Positions 1 through 9,896 of a stretch of 21,329 nt of DNA are shown in pieces. Made by a program: the position numbers and the translations under genes. Position 1 is the first letter of the stretch. The number at the start of each line of letters is the position of its first letter. The notes below the pieces were generated by a model that worked only from the letters and a program-made list of their open reading frames with translations, did no database searches and was not told where the DNA came from. Location of the stretch: positions 1-21,329 of the forward strand of contig JBHHVU010000054.1 in NCBI GenBank assembly GCA_046754465.1, read 5' to 3'. The DNA is from Nitrospinaceae bacterium. Its GTDB lineage: Bacteria; Nitrospinota; Nitrospinia; Nitrospinales; VA-1.

Positions 1-1
1 C

Positions 2-295
2 ATCAAGCAACTCGAACCTGATCCCTGGTCCGCGGTTGAACAGAAGTACCCCATCGGCTCGGTGCAGGAAGGTCGGGTTCGCAACCTGACAGCGTTCGGG
101 GCTTTCGTGGAACTCGAAGAGGGCATCGACGGCCTCGTTCACATTTCACAGGTTTGTGATCGCAGAATCCGGAGTGTGACCGATGAGATTCAGGAAGGAG
201 ATGAAATCAAGGTCAAGGTCATCGATGTGGACTCGCAGGGGAAAGTCAAGCTGAGCCGGAAAGAAGCCTTGCGGCAAGAAGCCGGGGTGGTTTGA
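2..295 (+). CDS. C-terminal fragment of an S1-domain protein. The N-part resembles ribosomal protein S1 and the C-part resembles the PNPase terminal S1 domain. 5' truncated.
   Basis: Frame open from base 2: IKQLEPDPWSAVEQKYPIGSVQEGRVRNLTAFGAFVELEEGIDGLVHISQVCDRRIRSVTDEIQEGDEIKVKVIDVDSQGKVKLSRKEALRQEAGVV*. Contains the S1 motif FGAFV...GLVHIS. Confidence 0.85.
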   Translation: MKQLEPDPWSAVEQKYPIGSVQEGRVRNLTAFGAFVELEEGIDGLVHISQVCDRRIRSVTDEIQEGDEIKVKVIDVDSQGKVKLSRKEALRQEAGVV

Positions 296-372
296 CCCCG
301 TCTCTCCGGCAAGAGGAACCGGACCTGGAACCCCATCCCCTTTTCCTCCCGGGATGAACGGTCGGTTTCGTC

Positions 373-1128
373 CTACCACCGGATGTTCCAGGCTTTCAAG
401 CCCGCGATGGCCTGGTAATTAGTGAGGTCGTAGTGGATGGGCGTGATGGAAATATGGTTTTTGGATACCATGGCGCAATCTGTCTCCTCATCCACTTCAT
501 CCAACCGCATTTCTCCCGCCAACCAATAATAGGTGTTGTTGCGCGGGTCCCTGCGTTGATCGAAGGTCTCGACCACCCGGGATTTTCCCTGGCGGGTGAT
601 GGCGACTCCCGCGATCTCGTTCCGGGGAACCGCGGGGACGTTGATATTGAGCGCCACGCCTTGGGGCAATCCTTTCTCCAGCACACTGGGAACCAGTTTG
701 CGCACAAATTCGGCCGCCGGGGAAAAATCGGGATTTTCAAAGGTGTTCAGGGAAACCGCCAGGGCGGGGACTCCCATGATCGAAGCCTCGGTCGCGGCGG
801 AGACGGTCCCGGAATAAATGGCGCAGGTTCCCAGGTTGCCCCCCAGGTTGATTCCGGAGATCACCATTTCCGGCGGTTCATCGAGCAGGACCGCGATGGC
901 GATTTTGACGCAATCGGCCGGAGTGCCGTTGACCGCGTAACCGATGAACTCTCCATGTTCCACCACCCTGCGGGTCTTCAGGGGAACCGACAGGGTGATG
1001 GCATGGCCCACCGCGCTCTGTTCCGTCTCCGGCGCCACGAGTATCACCTCGGCGACCTTGGCGATTTCCGCCCTCAGGGCGCGGAGCCCTTCCGCATTGA
1101 ATCCATCGTCGTTTGACAAGACAATCAT
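373..1128 (-). CDS. surE: 5'/3'-nucleotidase SurE
   Basis: N-terminal SNDDG, EQSAVGHAITL, GTPADCV, SGINLGGN, YSGTVSAA and SITP motifs. Confidence 0.97.
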   Translation of the reverse strand: MIVLSNDDGFNAEGLRALRAEIAKVAEVILVAPETEQSAVGHAITLSVPLKTRRVVEHGEFIGYAVNGTPADCVKIAIAVLLDEPPEMVISGINLGGNLGTCAIYSGTVSAATEASIMGVPALAVSLNTFENPDFSPAAEFVRKLVPSVLEKGLPQGVALNINVPAVPRNEIAGVAITRQGKSRVVETFDQRRDPRNNTYYWLAGEMRLDEVDEETDCAMVSKNHISITPIHYDLTNYQAIAGLKAWNIRW

Positions 1129-1131
1129 AGC

Positions 1132-1167
1132 AAAAAAAGAGGCGGTGACCCTTCAAGGCTCCGCCCC
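1132..1167 (-). terminator. Intrinsic terminator-like hairpin downstream of the peroxiredoxin gene
   Basis: Minus strand GGGGCGG-agccttgaagggtca-CCGCCTC followed by T7. Ends 3 nt before the surE ATG. Confidence 0.6.
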
Positions 1168-1246
1168 ATCGCATACCTGAAAAATAATGGGTTCCGGCCG
1201 GCGAGAATCGGATGGCCAGAACCGGAAAGATAACGTTTCCGATGGA

Positions 1247-1834
1247 TCAGTTGTGTTTTTTGAAGTAGTCCAGCGATCCCTTGGGATCGGGTTTCATGCC
1301 GTCCTCCCCTTCCGTCCAGTTGGCAGGGCACACTTCCCCGTTCTTCTCGAAATATTGCAACGCTTCCACCATCCTCAGCGCTTCATCGATATTTCTTCCC
1401 AACGGCAGGTTGTTGATGAGCTGATGCTGGACAATCCCTTCCTTATCGATCAAAAACAAACCGCGAAAGGCGACTCCAATGTCAGACAAAACTCCGTAAT
1501 CCTTGCTGATCTGTTTGGTCACGTCAGCAATCAAGGGATAATTAATTTCGCCCAAACCGCCCTTTTTCCTATCCGTATTTCTCCACGCGAGATGCGAAAA
1601 TTGACTGTCTATGGAAACCCCGAGAATCTCCGTATTGCGTTTTTTAAAACTCTCATGCTTGGCGCTGAACGCGATGATCTCCGTAGGGCACACAAAAGTA
1701 AAATCCAGGGGATAGAAAAACAGGATCACATATTTTCCCCGGTAATCCGAAAGCTGAATCTCCTTGAAACTTCCGTCGGGCATCACCGCTTGGGCTTTGA
1801 AATCCGGTGCGGGTTTTGAAACTAACGTGGGCAT
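1247..1834 (-). CDS. ahpC: Typical 2-Cys peroxiredoxin (AhpC/Prx1 family)
   Basis: [13 protein letters not shown] (peroxidatic Cys) and GEVCPANW (resolving Cys). Start moved to ATG 1834 because AGGAG lies 8 nt upstream. Confidence 0.95.
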   Translation of the reverse strand: MPTLVSKPAPDFKAQAVMPDGSFKEIQLSDYRGKYVILFFYPLDFTFVCPTEIIAFSAKHESFKKRNTEILGVSIDSQFSHLAWRNTDRKKGGLGEINYPLIADVTKQISKDYGVLSDIGVAFRGLFLIDKEGIVQHQLINNLPLGRNIDEALRMVEALQYFEKNGEVCPANWTEGEDGMKPDPKGSLDYFKKHN

Positions 1835-1877
1835 ATTTTTCACTCCTAAAAGAAAAGGTTTTGGTTGGAAAGGCTCT

Positions 1878-1907
1878 AATCTATCACAAATAACCGGCCC
1901 GGTTCAA
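1878..1907 (-). promoter_or_regulatory. Putative sigma70 promoter for the peroxiredoxin
   Basis: Minus strand TTGAAC-N18-TAGATT with a TGn extended -10. Confidence 0.4.
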
Positions 1908-1993
1908 TTCGGATGTTGCGGGCCCGGCGGGAATCCGGGAAAGGTCCCAGCCCCGGTCCGGTTAAGATGGTATCATCCTTGGAACAGCTCTTC

Positions 1994-2022
1994 TTGACAG
2001 GGCAAAGCAGGCTATTTAAAAT
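1994..2022 (+). promoter_or_regulatory. Sigma70 promoter for the CDF/PhnP operon
   Basis: TTGACA(1994-1999)-N17-TAAAAT(2017-2022), near consensus. Confidence 0.65.
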
Positions 2023-2088
2023 GAAACCCTCTCAACTTCCCCGGCTCAACGATTAAAGATGATTTTTTCAAAATAAAGATTCAAATAA

Positions 2089-2982
2089 ATGGACACCCCG
2101 GTAATCCAAAAGAGGCTGGCACTGGCAATCGCGCTCACTTCATTCGTCATGATAGCCGAAATCGTGGGCGGAATCATCGCCAACAGCCTGGCCCTGCTGA
2201 GTGACGCAGCCCACATGTTCGGTGACGTCTTTTCGCTTGGCCTGACCTGGTTTGCCCTGGCCATCTCCCAGCGTCCTTCCACCCTCACCAAAACCTACGG
2301 TTACCATCGGATGGAGATTTTCGCGGCGTTCCTGAACGGGATATCGCTGATCCTGATGGCGGTGTGGATCTTTTTTGAAGCGATCCAAAGGGTGCAAAAT
2401 CCACCGGAGGTGCGGAGTCAAACGGTCATCATCATCGCGGGCATCGGCCTAGTGGCCAACCTGTGGGTCGTTTATTTTTTGAGGGACCCGGTGCGGACCA
2501 CCCACGACTTGAACATCAAAAGCGCCTTTTTTCACGTTCTGGGGGACACGCTCGCCTCAGTGGGAGTTATTGTAGGCGCGGGGGTCATGTGGGCCACGGG
2601 ATGGTATCTGCTGGACCCCGTGCTCGCAGCAGCCATCGCGGGGCTCCTTCTTTGGGGCGCGAAGTCCATCCTTTCCGATTCGGTCCACATCCTGCTCGAG
2701 GGAGTTCCCCGGGGAATTTCCGTCACCGAGGTGGAAAAGGAATTAACGGCGATCCCCGCCATCAAAAACGTCCATGAACTGCACATCTGGAGCATTTGTT
2801 CCAACATATATGCCCTGAGTACCCACGCCCTGGTCAACGATCAAAAAGTGAATCAGGTGGAGTCGATTTTGATCGACGTTCAAAGTCTCCTGAAGAAAAA
2901 ATTCAACATCACTCACTCCACCATCCAGTTCGAATCCAGTCCGTGCCGTGAAGTCGAGGTGTTGTGCAAAATCGAGCATTAA
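2089..2982 (+). CDS. czcD: Cation diffusion facilitator (CzcD/ZitB-like Zn/Co/Cd exporter)
   Basis: SLALLSDAAHMFGD, TYGYHRMEI, HVLGD, six hydrophobic segments, C-terminal HELHIW and HSTIQFE. Confidence 0.92.
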   Translation: MDTPVIQKRLALAIALTSFVMIAEIVGGIIANSLALLSDAAHMFGDVFSLGLTWFALAISQRPSTLTKTYGYHRMEIFAAFLNGISLILMAVWIFFEAIQRVQNPPEVRSQTVIIIAGIGLVANLWVVYFLRDPVRTTHDLNIKSAFFHVLGDTLASVGVIVGAGVMWATGWYLLDPVLAAAIAGLLLWGAKSILSDSVHILLEGVPRGISVTEVEKELTAIPAIKNVHELHIWSICSNIYALSTHALVNDQKVNQVESILIDVQSLLKKKFNITHSTIQFESSPCREVEVLCKIEH

Positions 2983-2991
2983 TCCGCGGCG

Positions 2992-3756
2992 ATGAATATT
3001 CTCTTTCTGGGAACCGGGACCTCGACAGGCGTTCCCTCCTTGTGCTGTGACTGCGAAGTTTGCCGGTCCGCCGACCCGAGAAACAAGCGGCTGCGCGCCT
3101 CTATCCTGGTCCGTCACAAGGGCCGGCATCTTCTGATCGACACCAGCACCGACCTACGCCAACAATGCCTGACTCACGGCATCCAGCATGTAGATTGGGT
3201 CCTTTACACCCATCATCACGCGGACCATGTCCATGGGATCGATGAACTGAGAAGTTTCAATTATTCCAACAAAACGGTCATCCCCTGTTATGGGAAGGAA
3301 TCCACACTGGAAGCGTTGCGAAAAAACTTCAGTTATATTTTCCAGGGGACCGATCAGATAGGCGGGGGAATTCCCCAATTGACGCTTCATTGCCTGGATG
3401 AGCAACCATTCGCCCTGGGAGAACTGGCGGTCACTCCCCTGAAAATCCTCCACGGCAAACTGGTCATTCTGGGATACAGAATCGGCAACGCCGCTTATGT
3501 AACGGACTGCAACGCCATTCCGGAAAGAACCTTAAAACAGCTGGAGGGGTTGGACCTGCTGATCCTGAATGCCCTGGGATTCGCCCCGCACCCCACTCAT
3601 TTCTGCCTGAACGAGGCGCTGGCGGCGGTAAAAAAAATAAAACCCAAAAGAGCTATCCTGACCCATATCAACCATAAATTTGATCACAGGGAGGTCCAGG
3701 CGGGGCTGCCTGACAATGTTGAACTGGCTTACGACGGACTGGCCCTGGAGGTATGA
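2992..3756 (+). CDS. MBL-fold phosphodiesterase, PhnP-like
   Basis: LGTGTSTGVP, Cys cluster CDCEVC, THHHADHVHG, YVTD, THINH and AYDGL. Starts 9 nt after the CDF stop. Confidence 0.9.
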   Translation: MNILFLGTGTSTGVPSLCCDCEVCRSADPRNKRLRASILVRHKGRHLLIDTSTDLRQQCLTHGIQHVDWVLYTHHHADHVHGIDELRSFNYSNKTVIPCYGKESTLEALRKNFSYIFQGTDQIGGGIPQLTLHCLDEQPFALGELAVTPLKILHGKLVILGYRIGNAAYVTDCNAIPERTLKQLEGLDLLILNALGFAPHPTHFCLNEALAAVKKIKPKRAILTHINHKFDHREVQAGLPDNVELAYDGLALEV

Positions 3757-3758
3757 GT

Positions 3759-4049
3759 TCAATCCAGATCGATATCGCGGATGGGTTTATCGCCCGATTT
3801 GTCCACATTTTTCTGGGCTTCCTTGAATTTCTGCTCTAAAATACGGTTCCGCTCCTTGTGGTCCTCGCTGCGTTTTTTAAACAGAGTTTCCTGTTCTTTC
3901 TGGTGGTGGTCCAGGCCTTTCAACATATCCGAAAGGGAGCGGGTGGGTTTGGGTTTCTTTTCCAGCGAGATGATTTCTCCGGTTTTACCGTCCACCTGTA
4001 ACTTAGTTTCACAACAGGGGCAAATCACCCTTATCATACCCGAACTCAT
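3759..4049 (-). CDS. Small hypothetical protein with an N-terminal CPCC zinc-ribbon-like segment and a charged coiled-coil C-terminus
   Basis: 96 aa ORF filling the gap: VICPCCETKLQVD followed by a K/E-rich helix and a PIRDIDLD end. Confidence 0.75.
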   Translation of the reverse strand: MSSGMIRVICPCCETKLQVDGKTGEIISLEKKPKPTRSLSDMLKGLDHHQKEQETLFKKRSEDHKERNRILEQKFKEAQKNVDKSGDKPIRDIDLD

Positions 4050-4107
4050 AAGCCAACTCCGGCAAACGCCAAAAAATTAAAATTTAATGTTTCCACTCCA
4101 AACGGGT

Positions 4108-4131
4108 AATTATACCAAAAATTATACCAAA
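4108..4131. repeat. 12-bp perfect tandem repeat AATTATACCAAA x2
   Basis: Read directly in the AT-rich divergent intergenic region upstream of bioD. Confidence 0.8.
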
Positions 4132-4277
4132 AAACCTGCCGCCGACAACCGGCAAAATAATCCAAAATCCGGAAACAATTTTATAAAACAATAAATTACG
4201 GGTCACCCCAAAATTGTCAAACTCTTTCCGCCACCCACCTGCTATCCTGTTGCCATCCAACCTGGGAAGGACCGGCC

Positions 4278-5033
4278 ATGGCCACACCACCGTCAAGTTA
4301 TAAACAGGGATTTTTCATTACGGGAACCGATACGGGGGTCGGAAAAACCGTGATCACCGCCTGTCTCCTTTCCTTGTTTAAAAAGCATGGGATGGACGTG
4401 GGAGTCATGAAACCCCTTGAGACGGGGGTGGACCCGGAGTGCAGCTCGGCCGCCAATTCCGATGCCCTGTTTTTAATGGAACTCGCGGGCACGGGGGACC
4501 CACTGGCCGAGGTTTCGCCTTTCCGATTCAAACCCGCGGCTTCCCCCTGCCAGGCCGCCAGATTGGAAAATCGTTCCATCGAGCCCGGCAAAATCGTCAG
4601 AGGTTTACGCCAACTCGCCGATAGGCACGAACTCATGCTGGTGGAAGGCATCGGCGGCCTGCTGGTTCCCATCACCCCGACCTATTTTGTATGCGACCTG
4701 GTACGCGATCTGGGGCTGCCTCTCCTCGTGGTCGCCCGTGTCACCCTGGGAACATTGAACCACACGTTGTTGACGCTTCGCGTGGCGATTCAAATGGGGA
4801 TCGAGGTTCGGGGGGTCCTGCTCAACCATCTGGAACCGGGCGAGGGAACCGGCATCGAAAAAAACCAGGGCTCGATTCTCACGGAAATTTCAGGGATCCC
4901 CATCGTGGGGGAGTGTCCTTTCATGGGTCCGGTTTCCGAAAAAAACTTCACCCCCGAACGGTTGAACAGGATCGAAGAATGGCTCGATTTTGACTATCTT
5001 ATGGAGAATATCGTCCGCTCAAAAAAGGAATGA
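4278..5033 (+). CDS. bioD: Dethiobiotin synthetase
   Basis: FITGTDTGVGKT, MKPLETG, VEGIGGLLVP and LGTLNHTLLT. Confidence 0.96.
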   Translation: MATPPSSYKQGFFITGTDTGVGKTVITACLLSLFKKHGMDVGVMKPLETGVDPECSSAANSDALFLMELAGTGDPLAEVSPFRFKPAASPCQAARLENRSIEPGKIVRGLRQLADRHELMLVEGIGGLLVPITPTYFVCDLVRDLGLPLLVVARVTLGTLNHTLLTLRVAIQMGIEVRGVLLNHLEPGEGTGIEKNQGSILTEISGIPIVGECPFMGPVSEKNFTPERLNRIEEWLDFDYLMENIVRSKKE

Positions 5034-5039
5034 AGGCGA

Positions 5040-5750
5040 TCAGGATTTGGGATTGGGGTTGAAGCGGTATCCTTTTTCGCGGACGGTAAGGATGTGCTGG
5101 GGTTTTTGCGGTCTCTTCTCAAAACATTTTCGCAGGCGGGAGACAAAATTGTCCACCGTCCGGGTTTCCGTTTGTGGATCGTATCCCCAAACCTTTTCCA
5201 GCAATTCCTCGCGTGTCACGACTTCTCCCTTTTTGGAGACCAGCAGTTTCATCACGAGAGCTTCCTTGGCGGTGAGATAGAATTCCCCGGAGCAGCCCTT
5301 TGCTTTTCCCGCCCCGAAATTGATCCACATCTCGCCAAAATGGAATATTTCCTGATCGTGCACGGGCTGTTTATACCACTCCCAGCGGCGGAGGATTCCC
5401 TTCACCCTCAACAGGAGTTCCGGGAGGTGAAAGGGTTTGGTCAGGTAATCGTCCGCTCCCACTTCCAGTCCAGCCGCCCGGTCCTCATCGGCGGACTTCG
5501 CGGTCAGCATGAGAATGGGGAACCGGATATTCTTTTCCCGGATTTTTTTTGCCACCTCCAATCCCCCTACCTTGGGCAGCATCAAATCCAGAATGATGAG
5601 GTCGAATTCCTGTTTGTTCAGGTTGTCCAGGGCGAGGAGCCCGTCTCCGGCAACGGTCACCTCGTACCCTTCTCTCTCCAGATTGAACTTGAGCCCCTTG
5701 GCGAGGTGGGATTCGTCTTCGACCAGCAAAATTTTCTTGGAGGTGACCAT
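5040..5750 (-). CDS. OmpR/PhoB-family response regulator
   Basis: Receiver motifs LLVEDE, LDLMLP, MLTA and DDYLTKPF. Winged-helix motifs ELLEKVWG, RTVDNFVSRLRK and TVREKGY. Confidence 0.95.
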   Translation of the reverse strand: MVTSKKILLVEDESHLAKGLKFNLEREGYEVTVAGDGLLALDNLNKQEFDLIILDLMLPKVGGLEVAKKIREKNIRFPILMLTAKSADEDRAAGLEVGADDYLTKPFHLPELLLRVKGILRRWEWYKQPVHDQEIFHFGEMWINFGAGKAKGCSGEFYLTAKEALVMKLLVSKKGEVVTREELLEKVWGYDPQTETRTVDNFVSRLRKCFEKRPQKPQHILTVREKGYRFNPNPKS

Positions 5751-5752
5751 AA

Positions 5753-6733
5753 TTAGTTTGAGCGTTTGGAAACGGCCGGGAGTTTTCCGTTATGTTTAAG
5801 GGGAAGGGACACGGTAAAAATGGATCCTTTTCCTCGGCCGCCGCTGGATACCCGAATATTCCCCTTGTGGTTTTTCACGATTTCGTTCGCGATAAATAAT
5901 CCGATCCCCGCTCCTTCAATATTTTGTGTATCCGGACCGTGGACCCGGTAGAATTTTTTGAAGATTTTTTTAATGTCTTTTTTTTCGATCCCGACCCCCT
6001 GGTCGATGAAATCGATTTCACAATATTTATTATCATTCCGCAGCCGTATGGTCAAAGAGGCCCCAAGGGGCGAATAACGCAGTGCGTTGCCAATAAGGTT
6101 ATTGAACACCATCCGCATCGCCCGTTGGTCCAGTTGGAGCACTTGGTCCCCCTCCAATTCCAGTTTTACCTCACATTGCCGGTCGTGAAAAAGGCGTTTC
6201 AGACTTTTGACCACATCGGCAATGAACTCTCCCAAGGCCACGGGTTGAAACTGGAGATGCCGGCCGCGGGGGTCGTATTTACTGGACTCCAGGATATTTT
6301 CGATCAGCGAAGACAGCCTCTCCGTGTCAGTCAACATCGTTTCGACGAAATCATCATACTCCTCTTTCGACACCTTGTGATATTTCAAGGTTTCCAGGTA
6401 CAGCTGGATCGAGGCCAGGGGGGACTTCAATTCATGGGACACACTGGAGATGAAATTGCCCTGAAGTTTGTTTAATTTGGCCTGTTTGTTCCAATACACG
6501 AAAATCACATAAACCCCGGCGAGGATGATGAGCATCAGAAAACATCCTTCCAGCAAAATTACCCAGTTGAATTCAGTGGTGAACAGGTCGGGCCGGATTT
6601 TTTGGGCGAACTCCTGCAATTCCCGGCTATTCTTCAGATACCAGTTGATCCAGACCCCCATCAGGATGATCCAGGCAATCTGAACTCCCACGAAAACAAA
6701 AATCGGATGAAATAAGGTCCGCAGTTTATTCAT
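5753..6733 (-). CDS. Membrane-bound sensor histidine kinase (HisKA + HATPase) with 2 TM helices and a short external loop
   Basis: SHELKSPL H-box, NLIGNALRYS N-box, DQGVG, FKKFYR and GAGIGL. ATG 6733 is preferred over GTG 6748. Only 2 nt separate it from the regulator. Confidence 0.93.
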   Translation of the reverse strand: MNKLRTLFHPIFVFVGVQIAWIILMGVWINWYLKNSRELQEFAQKIRPDLFTTEFNWVILLEGCFLMLIILAGVYVIFVYWNKQAKLNKLQGNFISSVSHELKSPLASIQLYLETLKYHKVSKEEYDDFVETMLTDTERLSSLIENILESSKYDPRGRHLQFQPVALGEFIADVVKSLKRLFHDRQCEVKLELEGDQVLQLDQRAMRMVFNNLIGNALRYSPLGASLTIRLRNDNKYCEIDFIDQGVGIEKKDIKKIFKKFYRVHGPDTQNIEGAGIGLFIANEIVKNHKGNIRVSSGGRGKGSIFTVSLPLKHNGKLPAVSKRSN

Positions 6734-6965
6734 ACCCTCTTTCCCCACACCCGGACCCCGGAATGATTTTCCGGCCCAAAACCAGGCCCATCGAGTCCCA
6801 TCCAGGGAACGCCGGGAAGATTTTTATAAATTGTTTGCAGGAACCGATGATATTTTCCAGATCCGGTTCTTTCATTGCCGCAGGCTTGGGAACTCCTTTC
6901 CAAAAAAGGAATTACACTCTTTTCCACAAGTAAAAAGTTCCTCTCTCCTGCCCATAAGCTCTAAT

Positions 6966-7009
6966 ATTACAAAACTTTTACAAAGGGTTTCTTTAATCAA
7001 CGTTACCAT
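6966..7009 (+). promoter_or_regulatory. Putative OmpR-family direct-repeat box and -10 element of the desaturase promoter
   Basis: TTACAAA at 6967 and 6978 (11-bp period). Possible -10 TACCAT at 7004-7009. Confidence 0.5.
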
Positions 7010-7054
7010 GCTAACAGAAACTTATTTAATATTTTCCCAACTTTGAGGATTTTC

Positions 7055-7951
<897 letters not shown>

Positions 7952-8058
7952 CGAATGGGCTGTCCCCGGCCTTTCCGGCTGGGGCCCGCCCGCCTGAAAA
8001 TCCATCCCCGCGAGGAATACCGCAAGGCTCATCCCCTGAAATAAAACTAATGGAGGTT

Positions 8059-8742
8059 TTACCAGATCACCTTTCTCACGCCGGGGATCCGGGAAACCTC
8101 CATCACCATTGCCTCCCGTTCATTCCCCCTTTTTTCCTTGACCGTAAATTTGATCTCGATTTCATTATGAGTATGGTCGATGATCATTTTCCTTTCCTGG
8201 ACCTCCAAGCCGTTTTCCTCGAAAATTCCCCGGCACTGATCCGTGAACCGGCCGTAACTGGACGAACCGACGCGAATGACAAGCTCCCTGTAATCGAGGA
8301 CCGGGACCCAATGCTCCAAATAGCGGAACAGGACCAAAACGACCAGGGCCGTCAGGGTGGAACAAAGCGCCAAGGTGTAGAATTTTTTCCCCACTACGAT
8401 CCCCAGCCCGGCAACGAACCAGATGCTGCCCGCAGTGGTCAATCCACGAACCATATTTTGTTCTTTCATGATGGCGCCCGCGCCCAGGAATCCGATTCCC
8501 GTGATGATCCCTGCGGCCACACGGTCGGGATTGAAAACGGCGGAACTCGTGTTGAGGGTTTCCTGGGTAAATTCCGATGCCAAGATAAGCGTGGCGGCTC
8601 CAAGGCAAACCATCACATGGGTCCGCAACCCCGCGGGGCGGCCATGCATTTCCCGCTCCAAACCCAACAGTCCCCCCAGAAACACCGAGAGAATTACACG
8701 GAACAACACCGAAGATTCGATGACCCAATTATCTGGAAACAT
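8059..8742 (-). CDS. mgtC: MgtC/SapB family membrane protein
   Basis: GLERE...PAGLRTH, RVAAGIITGIGFLGAG and GLTTAGSIW, with an ACT-like C-terminus. Start reassigned to ATG 8742 (MFPDNW). Confidence 0.9.
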   Translation of the reverse strand: MFPDNWVIESSVLFRVILSVFLGGLLGLEREMHGRPAGLRTHVMVCLGAATLILASEFTQETLNTSSAVFNPDRVAAGIITGIGFLGAGAIMKEQNMVRGLTTAGSIWFVAGLGIVVGKKFYTLALCSTLTALVVLVLFRYLEHWVPVLDYRELVIRVGSSSYGRFTDQCRGIFEENGLEVQERKMIIDHTHNEIEIKFTVKEKRGNEREAMVMEVSRIPGVRKVIW

Positions 8743-8862
8743 GGAAGCCCTTAGTAGAATATGGCATGGATACCGACTTTCAGGACCGCCGCATAAGGGA
8801 AACGGGTCCCTTCCTCTAACGGTCTCTGAACGCATCAGGGGAAGTCCCGGCCCATGAAGCGA

Positions 8863-9657
8863 TCAATTCAGCAAAAATTCCACATGGTAGCCGGCATATT
8901 TTCTCAAATTGATCACCCGTCCGTCAAAAATCAAATATTGTCCCTTAATGCCGATCAACCGGTCGGTAAATTCCGGCACTTTGTCCAAATTGTGGCTGGA
9001 TAATTTTGGGGGGACCGATTGAACGGGATAAGTAAACGTCTGCACCGTTTCATCATCCAACGCATAACATTTCAAATCCTCGGGTACCCATTCCAGGGCT
9101 TGCCGGCGGATTTGTTTCAAATCGACCGCATCGATTTCCCCCTTGAGCATTTTCCGCCAGTTGGTTTTATCGGACATGTGCCTGGCAAGGGCCACCTCGA
9201 TCCGCCCGGAAAGGACCCGGCGCGGAACCCTGGCGATAACAAGCGCCTGGACGGCCCCCTGGTCGATCCAGCGCGAAGGCACGTTGAAATAGCGCGTCAC
9301 CCCGACCTTGACGCCGGAGGTGAGGGAAAGATAAACGAAATGATCGACTCCGCAATATTCACGGTAAAATTCGCGGTCCGCTTCATTGCCCTGCTCGTGT
9401 TGACATAATTCAGGACGGACCGCGCACATGGCGGTTTCCGGAAGATCGCGGGCACAGGGAAAACAATATCCCTGGTTGTAAGTCTTCTTGATGCTCCGGC
9501 CGCATTCGACACAGGTAATTTTTCCCAGAAATTTCATCGTCACAACTCCTCCCACACGGGAGGTGATGGGAATGGGCTTTTTATCCAGACTCAGAAAATA
9601 TTGAATGGGGGTGGCGGATTCATGAGTCATCTTCCGCAATTGGCCGGATACTTTCAT
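8863..9657 (-). CDS. DUF2797-family Cys-rich protein
   Basis: CVECG...QGYCFPC, CAVRPELC, HFVYLS, KVGVTR, RWIDQGA, DKTNWRKML and GIKGQYL pattern, recognised from memory. Confidence 0.8.
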   Translation of the reverse strand: MKVSGQLRKMTHESATPIQYFLSLDKKPIPITSRVGGVVTMKFLGKITCVECGRSIKKTYNQGYCFPCARDLPETAMCAVRPELCQHEQGNEADREFYREYCGVDHFVYLSLTSGVKVGVTRYFNVPSRWIDQGAVQALVIARVPRRVLSGRIEVALARHMSDKTNWRKMLKGEIDAVDLKQIRRQALEWVPEDLKCYALDDETVQTFTYPVQSVPPKLSSHNLDKVPEFTDRLIGIKGQYLIFDGRVINLRKYAGYHVEFLLN

Positions 9658-9689
9658 AAAAGTTTTCCCGTCAAGGAACGCCAGGGAAT

Positions 9690-9896
9690 TTAAAACCGAT
9701 TGTTCCGTATCCCTTTGGCGGTGAAATGATACAACGCCGCCAAGGCGGCAAAAACACCGATCATCACCGTTACGGAATCAAAGACAAGAAACGATAGAAG
9801 AAATAAAAGACAATACGATGAAATATTCCAGATCATCCAACCTTGCCGGTCCATCCGCCACCTGTTCGGCCCTCCTAAATATTTATTATAAAACAT
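9690..9896 (-). CDS. Small hypothetical membrane protein (2 TM)
   Basis: 68 aa, two hydrophobic stretches and a basic C-terminus. Co-oriented 32 nt upstream of DUF2797. Confidence 0.55.
   Translation of the reverse strand: MFYNKYLGGPNRWRMDRQGWMIWNISSYCLLFLLSFLVFDSVTVMIGVFAALAALYHFTAKGIRNNRF

Noticed and set aside
433..1819. Long plus-strand ORFs 433-1116 and 1187-1819, and similar antisense ORFs such as 5094-5756, 8050-8754 and 18210-18821
   Set aside because: They are shadows on the opposite strand of well-supported genes and carry no recognisable motifs.
4200..4277. BirA operator upstream of bioD
   Set aside because: Only a half-site-like TTGTCAAAC is present, with no matching inverted half at the expected spacing.
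8743..8835. 31-aa N-terminal extension of MgtC in the ORF track
   Set aside because: It is not MgtC-like and overlaps a structured spacer. ATG 8742 gives a normal-length protein.
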